A stretch of DNA of 64,000 nucleotides, taken from NCBI RefSeq assembly GCF_001194135.2, contig NC_068993.1:28154599-28218598 (forward strand), read 5' to 3'. A model generated the notes under the pieces. That model searched no databases and was not told where the DNA came from. It saw only the letters and a program-made list of their open reading frames with translations. A program made the translations under genes and the position numbers. Source of the stretch: Octopus bimaculoides. Taxonomy: Eukaryota. Below, piece by piece: positions 13,160 to 26,012 of the stretch. Numbering within the stretch: position 1 is the stretch's first letter; every line of letters begins with the position of its first letter.

Positions 13160-13562
13160 TCTTTACTCTTTTACTTGTTTCAGTCATTTGACTGCGGCCA
13201 TGCTGGAGCACCACCTTTATAGTTGAGCAAATCGACCCCCAAAGCTTATTCTTTGTAAGCCTAGTACTTAATCTATCGGTCTCTTTTGCCGAACTGCTAA
13301 GTTATGGGGACGTAAACACACCAGCATTGGTTGTCAAGCGATGCTGGGGGGACAAAAAGACACACAAACACATACACACACACACACACACACATATACA
13401 TATACGGCGGGCTTCTTCCAATTTCTGTCTACCAGATCCACTCAGGGCTTTGGTCGGCCTGAAGCTATAGTAGAAGACACCTGCCCAAGGTGCCACGCAG
13501 TGGGACTGAACCCGGGACCATGTGGTTGGTAAGCAAGCTACTTACCACACAGCCACTCCTGC
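13160..13562 (-). mobile_element. Near full-length tRNA-derived SINE (octopus OK-like, family name uncertain)
   Basis: Reverse complement begins cgcaggagtggctgtgtggtaagtagcttgc...cccgggttcagtcccactgcgtggcaccttgggc, has an internal (TG)n tract and an (aagagta) tail. Confidence 0.8.
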
Positions 13563-13661
13563 GTCTATGGTTATTATTTGGTTATTGTTAAATGGTTATT
13601 ATGGTTATTATTAGATGGTTATTATTTTCTGTTAATCTTTGATAAAATCAACTGAAATTGA

Positions 13662-13885
13662 AATATTGGTTTCAAATTTTGGCACAAGGCCAACAATTTT
13701 GGGGGAAGGGGTAAATCAGTTACATTGACCCAAGTACTCAACCGGTACTTATTTTTATTGATCCTAAAAGGATGAAAGGCAAAGTCAACCTTGGTGGAAT
13801 TTGATCTCAGAACATAAAGATAGACAAAATTCTGCTAAGTATTTTACCTGACACACTAACGATTTTGCCAGCTCACCACCTTAAA
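13662..13885 (-). mobile_element. CORE-type SINE
   Basis: Same family as 2173-2390. Confidence 0.7.
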
Positions 13886-14130
13886 TGAAATTGAAATACT
13901 GAAAGTAGCAAATTGAGTGGGAATAGAAAAGTGGAAATGAATGGGCAAGAAATGAAATTTTTTATAATTTCTCTGTTTGTATTATCAGTGACAGCAAACC
14001 TGATGCTTGTGCAGGTAAATAGTGCTTGTTCTTGTGGATGGCTGCAATATTTCATTGTCAGAAGTATTTCTAAATGAGAACTTCCTTGTCAACAATATTT
14101 CTTTGTAGTATGTTTATATATGTGTGTGTG

Positions 14131-14270
14131 TATGTATTTTTATTAATATTTAGCAGAAGTAAAAGAGTGACTTAAGGTCTGAGAGTTTCATGCGTTGAAG
14201 GGCCAATGCATGAAACTCTCAGACCTTGAGTCACTCTGTTACTTCTAAATATTAATAAAAAGATACATAT
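14131..14270. repeat. Hairpin/MITE-like palindrome
   Basis: About 60-nt arms (..gagtgacttaaggtctgagagtttcatgc / gcatgaaactctcagaccttgagtcactc..) with a loop of about 14 nt. Confidence 0.85.
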
Positions 14271-14479
14271 ACTTATATTTTGTGTTCTATTTTTCCTGTT
14301 TGCATCAATATACCTATATATATATATATATATGTATTCAACCCTGGAAATCCTGTGGATACATTAGAGAAGGCAACATATAGTTACCCATGTATATTTA
14401 CCATCTCTTCAGTAAATATTAACCAATCTTTTCAAATGCTTGCCCTTACAATTTGTTGTCATTGCCAGTGGACAATATA

Positions 14480-15200
14480 GGAAGGTGTACTCCAGAAGTG
14501 TCTTCACTGTAATGACTTGTTGTATATGGCACCTCTTAGAATAAGTTCTAGCCTCAGATCTGTCTTTGATCTGCTACCTTCGAATACAAATCTTGTGGAG
14601 TGGAGTAAATCAGCTAACCCTGACTGCCCACTCTGCCAGGGTAGACAAAACAGCTAAAGATATTCTTAGCTGATGCAGAGTAGCACTAGCCCAAGGAAGA
14701 TACAAATAGAGGTACAGTCAAGTGCTTAAGGAGATTATACATGTGATAAGTACAGCTAAAGCAAAATCCATTGCACCCAAATCTCCGACAATATTATACA
14801 CACAAATCATGGCCAGGAACAGCTGTGCAATGTAGGGGATGGAGTCTTCTGGGTGGGACTGATAACTGGGAGTGCACAGCAGACCTCCCAAGATCATCAA
14901 AACAACCTGGAATCATCAAGAAGAGTGGCTTGAGACTGGATATTCTATTCCATTCTAATTCACCATGCCATTTGAAAGTAGAATAGAAGTAGCACGTGTT
15001 CAAGACCAACAAATTCGCCAGTTTGGTCAACAACCTAAAGGAAGCCAGCCTCCAAGCCAATTCTCACCTTAGAGGTTGGAGCCAGAGGCTTTTTGGGCAA
15101 ATCTGCTTACAGTCTGAGAGAGGTGTTCCCACTGAATCTGCTTGAGGAGGAACAAAAACCAACCTCCATGATATTAGAAGGCAATATGTGTGTATTTTAA
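14480..15200 (+). mobile_element. HERO-clade (R2 superfamily) non-LTR retrotransposon 3' fragment
   Basis: Translations MAPLRISSSLRSVFDLLPSNTNLVEWSKSANPDCPLCQ, CRVALAQGRY, WECTADLP..LRLDILFHS and LEVGARGF match the HERO zinc-knuckle/RLE region as recalled. Confidence 0.75.
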
Positions 15201-15389
15201 TGTATGCTAAGGGAAGTAACTCTAAGTGAGTTGTGGTGGTAGTGTTGATGGCAGCATTGACACAATTTCAAATCACAAGTCTCTGATGTCCAAGTAGCTA
15301 AAAAGTATAAGCAGAAGGGTACTTAGGTGTTATGACTTGAATGTGGCTTGACCCTGTTAGAGTGTAAGATGTTAAGGGTCAAACCACTT

Positions 15390-16030
15390 GCTTGAGGAGA
15401 TTTCTTTTCAGAAGACCTTCTGCTATTCAGCTCTCCCAAGAGTTTTTTTTACCAGTCTTCTCAAATGTTTGTCCTTATGGTTTATTGTCACCGCCATTGC
15501 TAATTTGATAGGGAATTGTTCTTTAATTAAAGTAAATAGTAACTCTTCACCAACAGAAGCAAAAGTGATGTCTGGAATAAACAGTTTTTTTGCAATGAGA
15601 GCCTTCAGTTATAATTTTTGTCTTAATGATGTTTCCTTGAATGTCTTGTGTAACTAAACGTGTACCATTGCACATGCCATTAGCTTGGTCAATTGTATGT
15701 AGTAGGATAATTATAGCATTAGTCTTTAATTTTAACCCATTAATGCATAGCATTCAGAAAAATGGACGCAGGAAAAATTACTATTGCTTGTTAAGTAAAC
15801 TACCTATTGAGCTTATTTTTGGTATGGTCTGCCTCTAAACTAGTGCTCTATGAGTGAGCAGGCACTGCATACAAACAAACCAACTATACATATGTACAAA
15901 ACAAGTAATAGAAATTTTTCCTGCATCCATTTTTCTGGTCGCTATGCATTAATGGATTAATTGTGTGCTGGCAAATCTGAAACAGTGTATTTAAGTTCTC
16001 TGTAATGAATTCTGAAGTCATTTTGATGTG
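15390..16030 (-). mobile_element. Helitron PIF1-like helicase fragment
   Basis: PAHN|LKLKTNAIIILLHTIDQANGMCNGTRL and GQTFEK motifs; interrupted at a TTAA. Confidence 0.75.
15736..15956. mobile_element. piggyBac-like MITE nested in the Helitron fragment
   Basis: TTAA on both sides (15732-35, 15957-60) and about 55-bp imperfect TIRs starting CCCATTAATGCATAGC. Confidence 0.8.
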
Positions 16031-16258
16031 AAAATGGTTTCTATATATCAGCAATCATTGTCTCTGTCTTCAAAACCCCTGATGACGCTTTTTTCACTTT
16101 TTCTGGTTTTGTTTACTTTTTGAGTGTTGTTCATGTATTGCTTTGCATTGATAGACATGGCCTATAAATAGGTGTTAATCTGTCAGAATGGAGGTTCGTT
16201 ACATAGCTGTAAATACTCATCTCCAATTTCATTAATAGCTCTTAATATTGTCTTTGTT

Positions 16259-16326
<68 letters not shown>

Positions 16327-16430
16327 AGTATTTCAAAGTCAGTTATTTTTTCTTATCAAGGACATATTTCACTGAAACAATCCCTGACCACTGCAACAAT
16401 GATCATGAAGATTGTGCCTGCTATTTATCA

Positions 16431-16469
<39 letters not shown>

Positions 16470-16779
16470 GGCAGTGATCAGTTGTCATAGCCTGTAATGT
16501 AGTTTGGCTAGCAGGCAGCATGGTGTTTGTTGGAATGTTGCTAATTGTGAAACCACATGCTTTTGTTTATACTGTTTGGAAAAAATATATATATTTCACC
16601 TCTTTTTTGAATCAAGTTTCATTCATTATCATTCTTCTGATGTTCAACAAATGTTGCTTGTTGGCATAATTATTCAAGTGTGTGTGTGCACAAGTCAGTC
16701 AGTCAATTAGTCTCTCCCCTCCTTCCTCAGCATTGATTTCTAACTGAGATCCAAGTCTTCTTCACTAGAATTGCAACAT

Positions 16780-18150
16780 CTACAGGGTATTGTTGTATGT
16801 ATGTATGTATATGTGCAAATCTGGATGTTTTGTTTTATGTATGTATTCTCATGTATATAGTTGCATGTCTAGACATGCTCATTTTTACAGTTCCAGTGAT
16901 GGCTTGGATATTTCGTCTTTGAATCAGCTTTCTCTTTTCTGGTTTTGATAAACCTAATTTCTCATGATTGGTACTTAGGTAGTGTGTTACATATTTCAGT
17001 GCCCTAATAATTATAGGTATAAACCTGAACTTGTAATCTAGATAGAGTAACTGTGGATTTCTCAATAACTCAGGGTAGATATTTTCCTTTTCACTGATCT
17101 TTAGCTTTACGTTAACATCCACTGGGCAGCTGATTTCCACAGCTATACACAGTTTCTCTTTTCTATCCCAAATCACTATGTCAGCTCTATTATGTTTGCA
17201 TTTTATTGAGGGTTTTCACTGGGGCATTCCTCCAGTACTCTTCTTTATTATGAGTGGCTATGGCTTCTACCATATTGTGGGTTCTTATTTCTTTGGCCTC
17301 GGGGTTATCTTTCTGATGGATCTCATTATTACAGTGTCTTAGCTACAACATCATTTCTCATCGGTTGATAATACCGTTATAATATTTTTGGACAACTGCT
17401 TATGATGTGGGTGATATCTTTGGTGTTAACTCCACAAAGTGTGCATCGGTTATCACATTTTACTGCTTTTCCTGTGTTTCTTTCCCTTTTGTGCATCAGT
17501 TATTCTGTTGATATTTCCTGCTCCTGGATTGCATGCACATACCCTTCAAAGTGGGAGGTAGTAATCTGGTTGCTGGTCCATGATAGACTGCTTTGATAAT
17601 GAATATTACTATCATCCCAGAGCTTTCTACTAACATATACATGCATGGTCTTCTGCTGATATACACTCATCCTTTCATCTGATTATACATTGTGGTAGAA
17701 TCTTGCGACTTCTTGAGGCATGTATTTAAAGTTATCAGACAAGGAGTGTTGCTGAAGGAGCTGGTTTCCAAATATCATGATGTTATCAGCCTTATGTATG
17801 CAAACTTAGCCAAGGGATGCATTTCAACATTTGGTGATTAAAAGATGTTGCTGAAGGGATATGATGCGACATTCAGAGGCAGTCTGGATTAATGTTAAGC
17901 CTCTGCCCCCTTGTTTTTGTTTTAGGTAGAGGTAGTCTATGTCACTGTCAGTATGGAAATTATGTGTGCTGGTTAATATCTTCTGGGTTTTCACATCAAT
18001 GGCTCGGACCTCATCAAGCATCCAATCAAGTGGCCCAAATACTGGTATGAATACTGGCACTGCAAACACTTTGTGGGCCACTGTTTTACTGAATGCAGAG
18101 AGTTCCGAAGTCTGTATTTTCTTTATTCAGCTATAATATTCTTTAGTGAC
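16780..18150 (-). mobile_element. Dong/R4-clade LINE 3' part (RT C-terminus and RLE endonuclease)
   Basis: ORFs FAVPVFIPVFG..SDIDYLYLKQKQGGRGL and IWDRKEKLCIAVEISCPVDVNVKLKISEKENIY. Confidence 0.8.
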
Positions 18151-18249
18151 ACATATTTTGTATGTGTGTCTGTCTGTCCATCCATCCATTCATCCTAGGT
18201 ATGTCATTAAATTGCATCAAGTGGTGTGGCTCCAGTTTGAAAGTTGTGG

Positions 18250-18560
18250 GGTGTGTGTAGCCACCCTTTAATTACCATTGCTCCCAGGTCGTTTTAAACC
18301 AGGAATGGTAGTATCTCTATGGTCCCATCTATGGGTTTAATAAATTTTCCATGGGTAGAGGAAGCTCCTGTTATTTTCGACAGCCATGAGAAAGGTAGCT
18401 CTTCTAGGAGAAAGATACTCTGACATAAACTTTGCAGTCAAAATAACACCAGTCATCTGACAATGCTTGTCAATGGAACCTACTATTGCAACCAAGAGAA
18501 TGGCAAAAGTGTTGTACAAGCTTTTGACACTTAAACCCAATGATGTATGGATGTCTCATT
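18250..18560. repeat. Dispersed repeat; second copy at about 19135-19418 continuing at 32266-32310
   Basis: Shared blocks ggaatggtagtatct..ggtcccatctatg and caagcttttg(a/t)cacttaaaccca. Confidence 0.7.
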
Positions 18561-19785
18561 ATTAATTTCATTTCTTGGTCCATTTTGTATTTTATAAAGT
18601 CCCCCCACACATGCAAGATTGAAAGTACATCAGAGTAATCAAGCTGAATGTGAGGAGACAATTGTGTGTGTGTGTGTGTGTGCATGCATGCATATTTGTT
18701 CATTCATACTCTTCTGTTTTTAATTATCTAAATTCTTCCTCTGAGGAAGGAGCTGGTTGTAATGTACTCCTCAAACTATCTGATGTGGCATACCAGCTGT
18801 TTTTTTTCCAATGTGCCTGGGACCAATAATGTTTCTGAGTAATATTAATTTATACCAGAAACAATATATATAATGAATATAATAAAAGTTGACAATTTTT
18901 TTTATCTTATATTTATTTTGTAAATAAATAATACAATATTATATAAGCATTTTATAATGTTTCTTTCTTTTCTGGAAACTCGCCACATACCAGCAGCTAA
19001 TGGCTTGCGGACTGGCACCGGTCCATGGACCACCACTTTGAATAGCACTGATGTAGACAACAAAAACAATGTCATATTTTGGACTTGAGGAAAGTCTCAC
19101 ATGTATGTATACATGTTCATACCCAATGGCAAATCTCCAGTTTTGGATTGGAGTTGAGGGGACATAGAGTCATCCCTTAATTATCATTACTCCCAGTTCC
19201 ATTTTGACCTGGAATGGTAGTATCTACCAGGTCCCATCTATGAGTTAAATAGGTTTCCCAGGGCTCCTGTTATTTTTAACAAAGCCTTGAGGAAGGCTGT
19301 TCCAGGAGAAAGATACTCTAACATAAAACTTGAAGTCACAATAGTACCAGTCATCTTTAAGTGTTTGTCATGGGCATCTACTATGGCAACTGAAAGAGTG
19401 ACAAAAGTATTGCACAAGCAGGGCCGGCCTTAGGAGGTGCAGGGCCCAACTGGGAACAATTTGGGTAGGCCACCCCCCACCCACCCCACCTCAGAGTTAT
19501 TTTTTTCTTCATTTTGTTTTCAGGTGCTATCAACTAACCTCGCCTCCTAATATACTGCAGAGGACTTTTTTCCCCTTTGTGACATATTAGGTAATCAGAA
19601 TAGTGGCTTTTTGTATGTTTAATACCTGCTATTTCTAGTATACTAAACAGCCACGTTAAGAATGGGCTACCTTTCAGTTTATTTAAAATAGAGTATAATG
19701 TGTGTGTGTGTGTATGTATGTATGTATATGTGTGTGTGTGTGTGAATGTATATATGTATGTGTGTGTATATGCTGTATATGTGTG

Positions 19786-19830
<45 letters not shown>

Positions 19831-20077
19831 CACCATGTTGGTGTCATATAAAAGCATCCAGTCCATACTGTAAAGTGGTGGTGTTAGGAAGGGCATCCAG
19901 CCACAAAAAAACATGTCAAACCAGACAAGTGCTAGACATAGCCCCTGGTTTGTTGACCACAGTCAAACCATCTAACCCATGTCAGCATGGAAAATGGAAG
20001 TTAAATGACGATGATGCATACATATACATACACATATTATGTGTATATTTATATGTGTATGTGTATATTTATATGTG

Positions 20078-20139
<62 letters not shown>

Positions 20140-20152
<13 letters not shown>

Positions 20153-21670
20153 TTAACGTCCGCTTTCCATGCTAGCATAGGTTGGACGATTTGACTAAGG
20201 ACTGGTGAACCAGATAGCTACACCAGGCTTCAATCTGATTTGGCAGTTTCTACAGCTGGATGCCCTTCCTAACACCAACCACTCCGAGAGTGTAGTGGGT
20301 GCTTTTACGTGCTACCAGCACGAAGGCCAGTCAGGCGGTACTGGCAACGGCCATGCTCAAAATGGTGTATTTTNNNNNNNNNNTGCTACCAGCACGAAGG
20401 CCAGTCAGGCGGTACTGGCAACGGCCATGCTCAAAATGGTGTATTTTACGTGCCACCTGCACAGGAGCCAGTCCAGTGGCACTGGCAACGATCTCGCTCG
20501 AATGTCTTTACACATGCCACCGGCACAAGTGCCAGGAAGGCAATGCTGAGCACAGGTGCCATCACGATTTCACTTTCGCTTGCCCCAACAGGTCTTTGCA
20601 AGCTGAGTTTCGTGTCCAATGAAGGAGACGACATTGGCATGGGTGCCAGCCATCGAATTTAGTTCAATTTTGATTTCACTTGCCTCAACAGGTCTTCATA
20701 AACAGAGTTTAGTGTCCAATAAAGGAAAGGTATGCATAAGTGGGCTGGCTACACCCATGGCAGAGGCCTTGGATTTAGGTCTCACTTGGCTTGCCGGGTC
20801 TTCTCACGCACAGCATATTTCCAAAGGTCTCGGTCAGAAGTCTTCACCTCGGTGAGGCCCAATGTTCGAAGGTGGTGCCTCACCACCTTATCCCAGGTCT
20901 TCCTGGGCCTACCTCTTCCACAGGTTCCCTCAACTGCTAGGGTGTGGCACTTTTTCACACAGCTATCCTCATCCATTCTCGCCACATGTTCATACCAGCG
21001 CAATCGTCTCTCTTGCACACCACAACTGATGCTTCTTAGGTTCAACTTTTCTCTCAAGGTACTTACACTCTGTCGAGTATGCACACTGACATTACACATC
21101 CATTGGAGCATACTGGCTTCATTCCTTTCGAACTTACACATGTCCTCAGCAATCATGGCCTATGTTTCACTGCCATGTAGCATGGCTGTTCGTACACATG
21201 TCATACAGTCTGACTTTTACTCTGAGAGAGAGACCCTTTATCACCAGCAGAGGTAAGAGCTCTTTGAACTTTGCCCAGGCTATTCTTATTCTAGTAGCTA
21301 CACTTTCAGTGCACCCTCCCCCACTACTAACTTGGTCACCTAGATAGCGGAAGCTATCAACTACATCTAGTTTTTCTCCCTGGAATGTGGCAGAAGTTGT
21401 TTTCTGCACATTTTCAGTGTTTATTGCTCCTGAACATCTGCCACATACAAAAACTAACTTCCTAGTTAACCTTCCTTTGATATTGCTGCACCTCTTATGT
21501 GTCCATAGCTTGCACTGGGTACATCTTATAGAGTTTCTACCTACGCCTTTTCTACAGATCGAGCAGGGCCATCTACCTGAAGGGGTTTGTGTTTTTTCTA
21601 CCTTCCTACTTATTAGGACTTTGGTTTTAGCTAGGTTGACTCGAAGGCCCTTCGATTCTAGTCCTGCATG
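20140..21670 (-). mobile_element. 5'-truncated RTE-X-like LINE with Cys-rich finger and 3' tail
   Basis: ORFs WPCSICRKGVGRNSIRCTQCKLWTHKRC and RLRWYEHVARM; (CAT)n tail. Confidence 0.85.
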
Positions 21671-21687
21671 CTGTGTGTGTGTGTATA

Positions 21688-22917
21688 CAGGGGTTGGACA
21701 AAATAATGGAAACACCTAGCATCATAGCATCATAATTTTGAAATATCTACAAAACTGTCAAAAGCTTGTTTATTTTTATGTTTTTTGATTTATTATTAGT
21801 GTTGCTTAATATTTTTTGCTAAAATTGCTGTTTCTTTTCAGATATCATCAGAAAAAGGTAATTAGAATTCATTAAAATGACAGAGCTATCAGACTTTCAA
21901 AGAGTTCAAATTGTTGGTGCTTGTATGACAGGCGCTAGCATAACGAAAACAGCTGAAATGTTTGGTGTATTAAGAAGTACTGTCTCAAAAGTAATGACAG
22001 CCTTTGAGAAAGTGGGAAAAACCTCCTCGTCAAAACAAAACTTCAGAAGAAAACCAAAACTTTCAGATAGGGACCGTCAGACTCTTATACACGAATTGTT
22101 AGAAAGAATCACAAAAGTACAGCTCTCAAAATTACTGCAGAGCTTAATGACTACCTCATGAACCCAGTTTCCACAAAAACTATTCGCCAGGAGTTGCACA
22201 AAGCTGGATTTCATGGGAGGGCTGCAATCAGAAAACCACTACTTTCAAAAACAAACGTTGCAACGTGTTTAGAGTGGAGTAAAAACCTACAGAATTGGTC
22301 CCTAGAGCAGTGGAAGAATGTTATTTTGTTGGACGAGTCATCCTTTACCTTATTTCCAACCACTGGCCAAGTATACATGTGGAGACAGGCAAAAGAAGCA
22401 TTTGACTCAGACTGCCTTCTTCCAACTGTTAAACATGGAGGAGGATCTGTGATGATCTGGGAAATCTGCTGGCCCAGTGGTTTCCCTTCATGGCAGAATT
22501 AATAGTCAAGACTATTTAAGCATTTTATCTGATCAAATTCATCCTATGGTTGCAGAACTGTTTCCGGAGGGAAACACAATCATTCAGGATGATAATGCAC
22601 CAGTTTACACAGCTAAAGTTGTTACTGAATGGCACGAGGAACATTCTAGTGAAGTTGAACATCTTATCTGGCCACCACAGTCCCCAGATCTCAATATTTT
22701 TGAACATATATGGTGCATTTTAGAAAAACAAGTAATGAGTCGATATCCTACAAGAACTGGAGACTGTTTTAGCTGAAGAATGGACAAAAATTCTTTTGGA
22801 AACAATTCAAAGTTTGTACAAGTCCATACCTTGTAGAATTCAAGCTGTAATTACTGCCATATTAAAATAAATTTGTTTGAAATTTTAAGGTGTTTCCATT
22901 ATTTTGTCCAACCTCTG
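21688..22917 (+). mobile_element. Full-length frameshifted Tc1-like transposon, DD36E (Incomer-type)
   Basis: TA TSDs and TIR cagggg/aggttggacaaaataatggaaacacct; 1230 bp. Transposase MTELSDFQRVQIVGA.., LDESSF, QDDNAP-(36 residues from second D)-E in SPDLNIFE. Confidence 0.92.
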
Positions 22918-25226
22918 TATATATGTGTGTGTGGTAACTTTCTGAAACATGGATAATTTGTTAATAAAATTTTCTACATATACATCTTAGATGGTGTAGA
23001 TTACAATTATATCAGAATTTGTTGTGTAAAGCAGTTTTCTCTCTCTTTTAAATCAACTCAGAGGTAGCCAGTCTTTAATGTGGTTGTTTAATATGCTAGA
23101 AATAGCAGTTATTCAGCATAAAAAAACAGCCATTATTCTGATCTCCTAATACACCACAAAGGGGGAAAAAATTCTTTTGCAGTATACTACGAGCCAAGAT
23201 TAGTTGATATCACATGGAAAAAAAATGAGAAAAAAATATAACTCTAAGGTGAGAGGAGGATTCCGAGGGCTCACCCCACTCCAACTTCAGTGGAAAAATG
23301 TCTTTGCGGTATATTAGGAGATAATAGCACAAGATAAAAGAAAAATGAGGAGAAACATTATTTCTCACCAAAATGTGTGGCAGGAACTTTTTTTCCTTAG
23401 CTATGTTTCTGGATTTAGCATCAGTGTATGACACCAAATGTCTCCTAGTATAGCCCCATTTGTGTGTGTGTGGCTTTGTGTTTGTACTTGTCCAAAACCT
23501 GAATGCAAAGAGATTTTCTCCTTTGAACAAGACACAAGAAATTTTATCTCACTTCTCCCACTATACACACACAGACATGCACGCGCACGTGTGTGTGTAT
23601 ATATACAATTCCTCACAAAATAAAAATACATATACATACAATCATATGCATAAATACAAAGACCTCAACCAAAACACTATCAAAAATAATTGGACTTTTA
23701 ACCTTTAACCATTATAGCCAAAATACTGAGTACTGAATTCTTTTAGACACACATCCATTAAGCTTTGTGCTTTTATCATTAAAAAATTTTTTTTGCTTTC
23801 TTTAATACATACATACATCGTGGTTGTCTACTCCTTATGCAGAGTTTGACCACCTCCTGTACCTACACCTCAGCACCATCATGGCATGTGTTATGGCTTC
23901 TTAAACCAGACAATGTTCTGAAAAGACACCCACATAGATTGCACCTCCGATTTGGATCACCAAGAGCTGCAAATAAGTTCTGCTCTTTGTGGATCTTAAA
24001 ATGTCTCTTGAGGCCTCCGTCGGATTTGCAAACCTTCCGGCATACACTGCATTCAAAGGTGTGCACAGAATAGGCAGAATAGTTGGTGGAGGTTTGTTTT
24101 CCATGTGTTCGCAGATGAGATTTAAGGCCAGCAAAAGACAGGCTTGGTCTGTCACAGACTGTGCACACAAAAAGGTCATTGTCATTCACCTTCTCCACCA
24201 TTACATCGCTTTTGATCTCTTTTGAGTCTTACTTGTGTTATCCTGGCTTCTTCAAATGCTTTCACTCCACTCCGCACCTTTGTTCGCCATCCAACTCGTT
24301 TCTATATCTTCTGGAACCATTCCCAGTGACTTCATAGTAGTCCTTATGCTGTCCTTAAACCTCTTTTTAGGTTGACGCCGATAGCGTTTCCTCTCTGCAA
24401 GCTCACCATAAAACAGCTGTTCTGACATGCGTTCATCTGCCATTCGAACAATATGGCCACATCATTTCAATTTGTTCCTCAAAATCATAGCTTTAATTGA
24501 GGTGATGCCTGCAGATGCAAGGGCATCTGTGTTTGGTGTAAAAGAACTCCATTTAATTTTTTAAATGCGATGAAGGCATTTTTGGTGGAATTGTTCTAAC
24601 AATTTAAAATGCCTTTCATAACAAGTCTAAGTATCACAGGAATACAACAGAGATGATGAGACAAATGATTGATAAAGAGCCAGTTTTGTATTCTTATTTA
24701 TATGTCATTGGCACCAAATGCGTGACTCCAAGCCATCAAATGGTTTTGCTGCCCTTTGAATTTGCAGCTGTATTTCTGTATCAAGGTTTCCATCATTTTG
24801 AACAGAGCTTTCAAGGTAGATGAACGAATTGACAACCTCAAGTAACTTTCCCTTAACAAAAGTTTTAGCGGGGTTACAAACAGCACCACACGCAGGTTGA
24901 TGCATTACAACTGTTTTTTTAAAGTTGATGATCAAGCCAAAATCATCACAGGCTGAGTCAAATGCAGATACAAGAGACTGCAGACCTCTTTTCAGAATGA
25001 CTGACAAGATCGCAATCGTCAGTGTACAAAAGTTCCCTAATGAGTGAAGTAAAAACCTTCGTTTTGAATTTCAGTGGGGTCAGATTAAAAATATTTCCCT
25101 GTTGTTCGATATTTTATGTAAATACCCTCCTCAGAGTTTTGAAAAGCATGTGACAATACAACAGTAAAGTATATTGCAAAGAGGGTAGGTGCGTCAAGGT
25201 CTCCTTGCTTTACTCCATTTTCCACA

Positions 25227-25863
25227 NNNNNNNNNNNNNNNNNNNNNNNNNNNNNNNNNNNNNNNNNNNNNNNNNNNNNNNNNNNNNNNNNNNNNNNNNN
25301 NNNNNNNNNNNNNNNNNNNNNNNNNNNNNNNNNNNNNNNNNNNNNNNNNNNNNNNNNNNNNNNNNNNNNNNNNNNNNNNNNNNNNNNNNNNNNNNNNNNN
25401 NNNNNNNNNNNNNNNNNNNNNNNNNNNNNNNNNNNNNNNNNNNNNNNNNNNNNNNNNNNNNNNNNNNNNNNNNNNNNNNNNNNNNNNNNNNNNNNNNNNN
25501 NNNNNNNNNNNNNNNNNNNNNNNNNNNNNNNNNNNNNNNNNNNNNNNNNNNNNNNNNNNNNNNNNNNNNNNNNNNNNNNNNNNNNNNNNNNNNNNNNNNN
25601 NNNNNNNNNNNNNNNNNNNNNNNNNNNNNNNNNNNNNNNNNNNNNNNNNNNNNNNNNNNNNNNNNNNNNNNNNNNNNNNNNNNNNNNNNNNNNNNNNNNN
25701 NNNNNNNNNNNNNNNNNNNNNNNNNNNNNNNNNNNNNNNNNNNNNNNNNNNNNNNNNNNNNNNNNNNNNNNNNNNNNNNNNNNNNNNNNNNNNNNNNNNN
25801 NNNNNNNNNNNNNNNNNNNNNNNNNNNNNNNNNNNNNNNNNNNNNNNNNNNNNNNNNNNNNNN
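25227..25863. other. Assembly gap; others at 20374-20383, 30461-30470, 32590-32919, 37961-37981, 46345-46518, 63920-63929
   Basis: Runs of N. Confidence 1.
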
Positions 25864-26012
25864 GGTTGGCGTTAGGAAGGGCATCCAGCTGTAGAAACTC
25901 TGCCAAATCAGATTGGAGCCTGGTGTAGCCATCTGGTTTCACCAGTCCTCAGTCAAATCGTCCAACCCATGCTAGCATGGAAAGCGGACGTTAAACGACG
26001 AAGAAGAAGAAG
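25864..26012 (+). mobile_element. RTE-X-like 3' tail inserted within the RTE element
   Basis: ttggcgttaggaagggcatccagctgtagaaac..gacgttaaacgacgaagaagaag; flanked by RTE RT coding sequence and the N gap. Confidence 0.75.

Noticed and set aside
18740-18780. + strand CTGAGGA-AGGAG..CTCCT-CAAA motif
   Set aside because: G12 is absent and there is no convincing stem I or III; at most a dead remnant.
20310-20450. About 64-bp tandem duplication either side of a 10-N gap
   Set aside because: Identical flanks around a minimal gap are typical of an unmerged contig overlap.
25085-25942. Long ORFs spanning N runs (also 32512-33009, 46290-46609)
   Set aside because: Artefacts of translating gaps.
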